This document shows, piece by piece, positions 62,510 to 64,000 of a stretch of 64,000 nucleotides of DNA; the stretch's first letter is position 1; each line of letters opens with the position of its first letter. The notes beneath the pieces were generated by a model. It ran no database searches, had not been told where the DNA came from, and worked only from the letters and a program-made list of their open reading frames with translations. The translations under genes were made by a program, and so were the position numbers. This DNA comes from a virus: positions 62,821 to 126,820 of IMG/VR virus record IMGVR_UViG_3300037316_000027, one strand, 5' to 3'.

Positions 62510-62718
62510 CTACCTACCGGAGAAAACAAGGTGAAAAACTTTATCGCAGACGGCCAAAACCGTTACTTCATCCTCAATGGCGGCGGGCGCATGGCTATCA
62601 AACCTCTGGGACAACGACGCCCGGTTCTTCATGCCAGCAAGCTCTCTTTCAAACACGACGCGGCTCGCCAGCGGCAGTACATGCGAAACCAACACCACGG
62701 CGCTTCACGCGGGCGGGC

Positions 62719-62734
62719 TTAACCCTTCATTAAC
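62719..62734 (+). promoter_or_regulatory. CtrA-type box
   Basis: TTAAcccttcaTTAAC. Confidence 0.65.
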
Positions 62735-62838
62735 TATCCCCTGAGCTTGTACGTGACAAGCTCAAGGTTCTCAGCTAGAACTTAACCCAAGCCCGGCACC
62801 CCGCCGAGCGCCTTTTCTACAGCACATAGGAACAGCAA

Positions 62839-63675
62839 ATGTCACTCTCTTCGAAAATTCTCCGCCCCGGACTGCTCGTTGGTATGAGCACTTCCATCAA
62901 GGGCAATATCGACTACACCAAAACCGTGCTCGAAGAAGAGCACATTGACGAGGCCGGCCAGTTGGTCGGCTCATGGCAGACTGACAAGGTCGTCTACGAC
63001 GCTGCCGAGCAGGAGGCCGCCGTCAAGGTGCGCTCGAAAGCTCGCGGCTTCATCACCAGCGTTTGCGCGAAGTCCGACTTCGGCTACCTCTGTCCGGAAA
63101 GCCGCGAGGCTGATCTGGAGGCCGCGATCAAGAAGGCCATCGACGTGTGCGCCGACTTCAATTTCGGTGCTCGTATCACTGAGGTAAACTTCTTCGCCAT
63201 CACCGGCCGCATCTCGACCGACGACGTACAGGCGGTCCGCGCGATCAAGGGCGAGCTGAATGGCTTGCTTGAGACCATGGAGACCAGCATCAAGGCCCTT
63301 GACGTGGAGGGCGTTCGCGCCGCCGCTAACAAGGCTAAGAAGCTCGGCACCATGCTGTCCGAGGACGGACAGAAGAGCCTTGAAGGCGCGATCGACGTGG
63401 CTCGCGCTGTTGCCCGCAAGATCGCGAAGGCGGTCACCGCAGGCGAGCAAGCCGCGCTCGTGATCGACGAAAACACTCTCGCCGAACTGGCATCGTCCCG
63501 GACCGCGTTCCTCGATCTCGACGGCGCGACCGAGCTGAAGGCTCCGGAGGCTAATACGGCCCGCGTGCTCGATCTGGCTCCGCAGGCTGATGACCTGAGC
63601 GCTCTTCTAGGGGAAGAACTGCCTCCGATATTGGAGCGCGGCTACGATCTCGAACTGGAAGAGATGCTTGCTTAA
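62839..63675 (+). CDS. Hypothetical helical protein of the AAA operon (DUF3150-like)
   Basis: 278-aa ORF with TAGGA SD; family call tentative. Confidence 0.75.
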   Translation: MSLSSKILRPGLLVGMSTSIKGNIDYTKTVLEEEHIDEAGQLVGSWQTDKVVYDAAEQEAAVKVRSKARGFITSVCAKSDFGYLCPESREADLEAAIKKAIDVCADFNFGARITEVNFFAITGRISTDDVQAVRAIKGELNGLLETMETSIKALDVEGVRAAANKAKKLGTMLSEDGQKSLEGAIDVARAVARKIAKAVTAGEQAALVIDENTLAELASSRTAFLDLDGATELKAPEANTARVLDLAPQADDLSALLGEELPPILERGYDLELEEMLA

Positions 63676-63754
63676 CCAAGACCGGCGGCGGGGCTTGCGC
63701 TCCGCCTCCGGGCTCGCTACAACCCGATGACCCTACAGCACATAGGAACATCCC

Positions 63755-64000
63755 ATGCCGTGCGACACGAGGCTTAAACGCAACTACAGGAATTTGAACC
63801 GGCTCCAGACGATCTCCGAGCGCGCGGCCGAAGTCCGCCAAGTCGCGATCGACGTGAACAGTTTGATCGCCGCCGGCAAAGTCAAGCCGGTCGTTGACAA
63901 GCGGACCGGAGCCATTGCCTTTCAGGGGCTCGACGACAACATCCGCGACGGCGCGACCGACGCGTGCATCTACAGGAGGATCATGGTGACAGACTCGTCG
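63755..64000 (+). CDS. Hypothetical protein (MPCDT...), truncated by the window end
   Basis: Open frame from ATG 63755 to the end; same leader motif as the two upstream genes. Confidence 0.75.
   Translation, partial: MPCDTRLKRNYRNLNRLQTISERAAEVRQVAIDVNSLIAAGKVKPVVDKRTGAIAFQGLDDNIRDGATDACIYRRIMVTDSS

Larger units (their letters stand above)
1..64000. mobile_element. Bacteriophage (tailed-phage-like) genome segment, probable alphaproteobacterial host
   Basis: Dense small overlapping ORFs; phage-type replication cluster (DUF2800, DUF2815, PolA, SNF2 helicase, prim-pol); homing endonucleases; no bacterial housekeeping operons. Confidence 0.93.

Overview
64 kb of a GC-rich tailed-phage (or phage-like) genome. 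The host is most likely an alphaproteobacterium, judging from a circularly permuted two-piece tmRNA and TTAA-N7-TTAAC CtrA-type boxes. No capsid, portal, large terminase, tail, lysis or integrase genes are recognisable in this window. Layout: (i) 0.6-5.5 kb: a minus-strand array of small low-complexity proteins sharing an N-terminal 'MKDAxGHGS' tag and/or an internal 'AAxxLxxGxPKSxxxPVHxxM' motif, fused to unrelated cargo; (ii) 5.5-22 kb: dense small ORFs, mostly minus strand; (iii) 22.1-23.2 kb: AT-rich, TTAA-repeat/palindrome-rich strand-switch region; (iv) 23.2-33.8 kb: plus-strand small ORFs; (v) 33.8-38.3 kb: tmRNA, a tRNA-Gly-like element and a DUF4338/Mom-like plus two ParB-like gene island; (vi) 38.3-58.4 kb: replication module (prim-pol/SF3 helicase, DUF2800 nuclease, DUF2815 SSB, family A polymerase, HD hydrolase, SNF2-like helicase) with several homing-type endonucleases and a tandem HTH-repeat protein; (vii) 60.8-64 kb: AAA+ ATPase operon. 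The best candidates for undescribed biology are the tagged-protein array, the phage two-piece tmRNA with a VNDN tag, the Mom/ParB island and the HTH-repeat protein. All family calls come from motif recognition by eye; no database searches were run.
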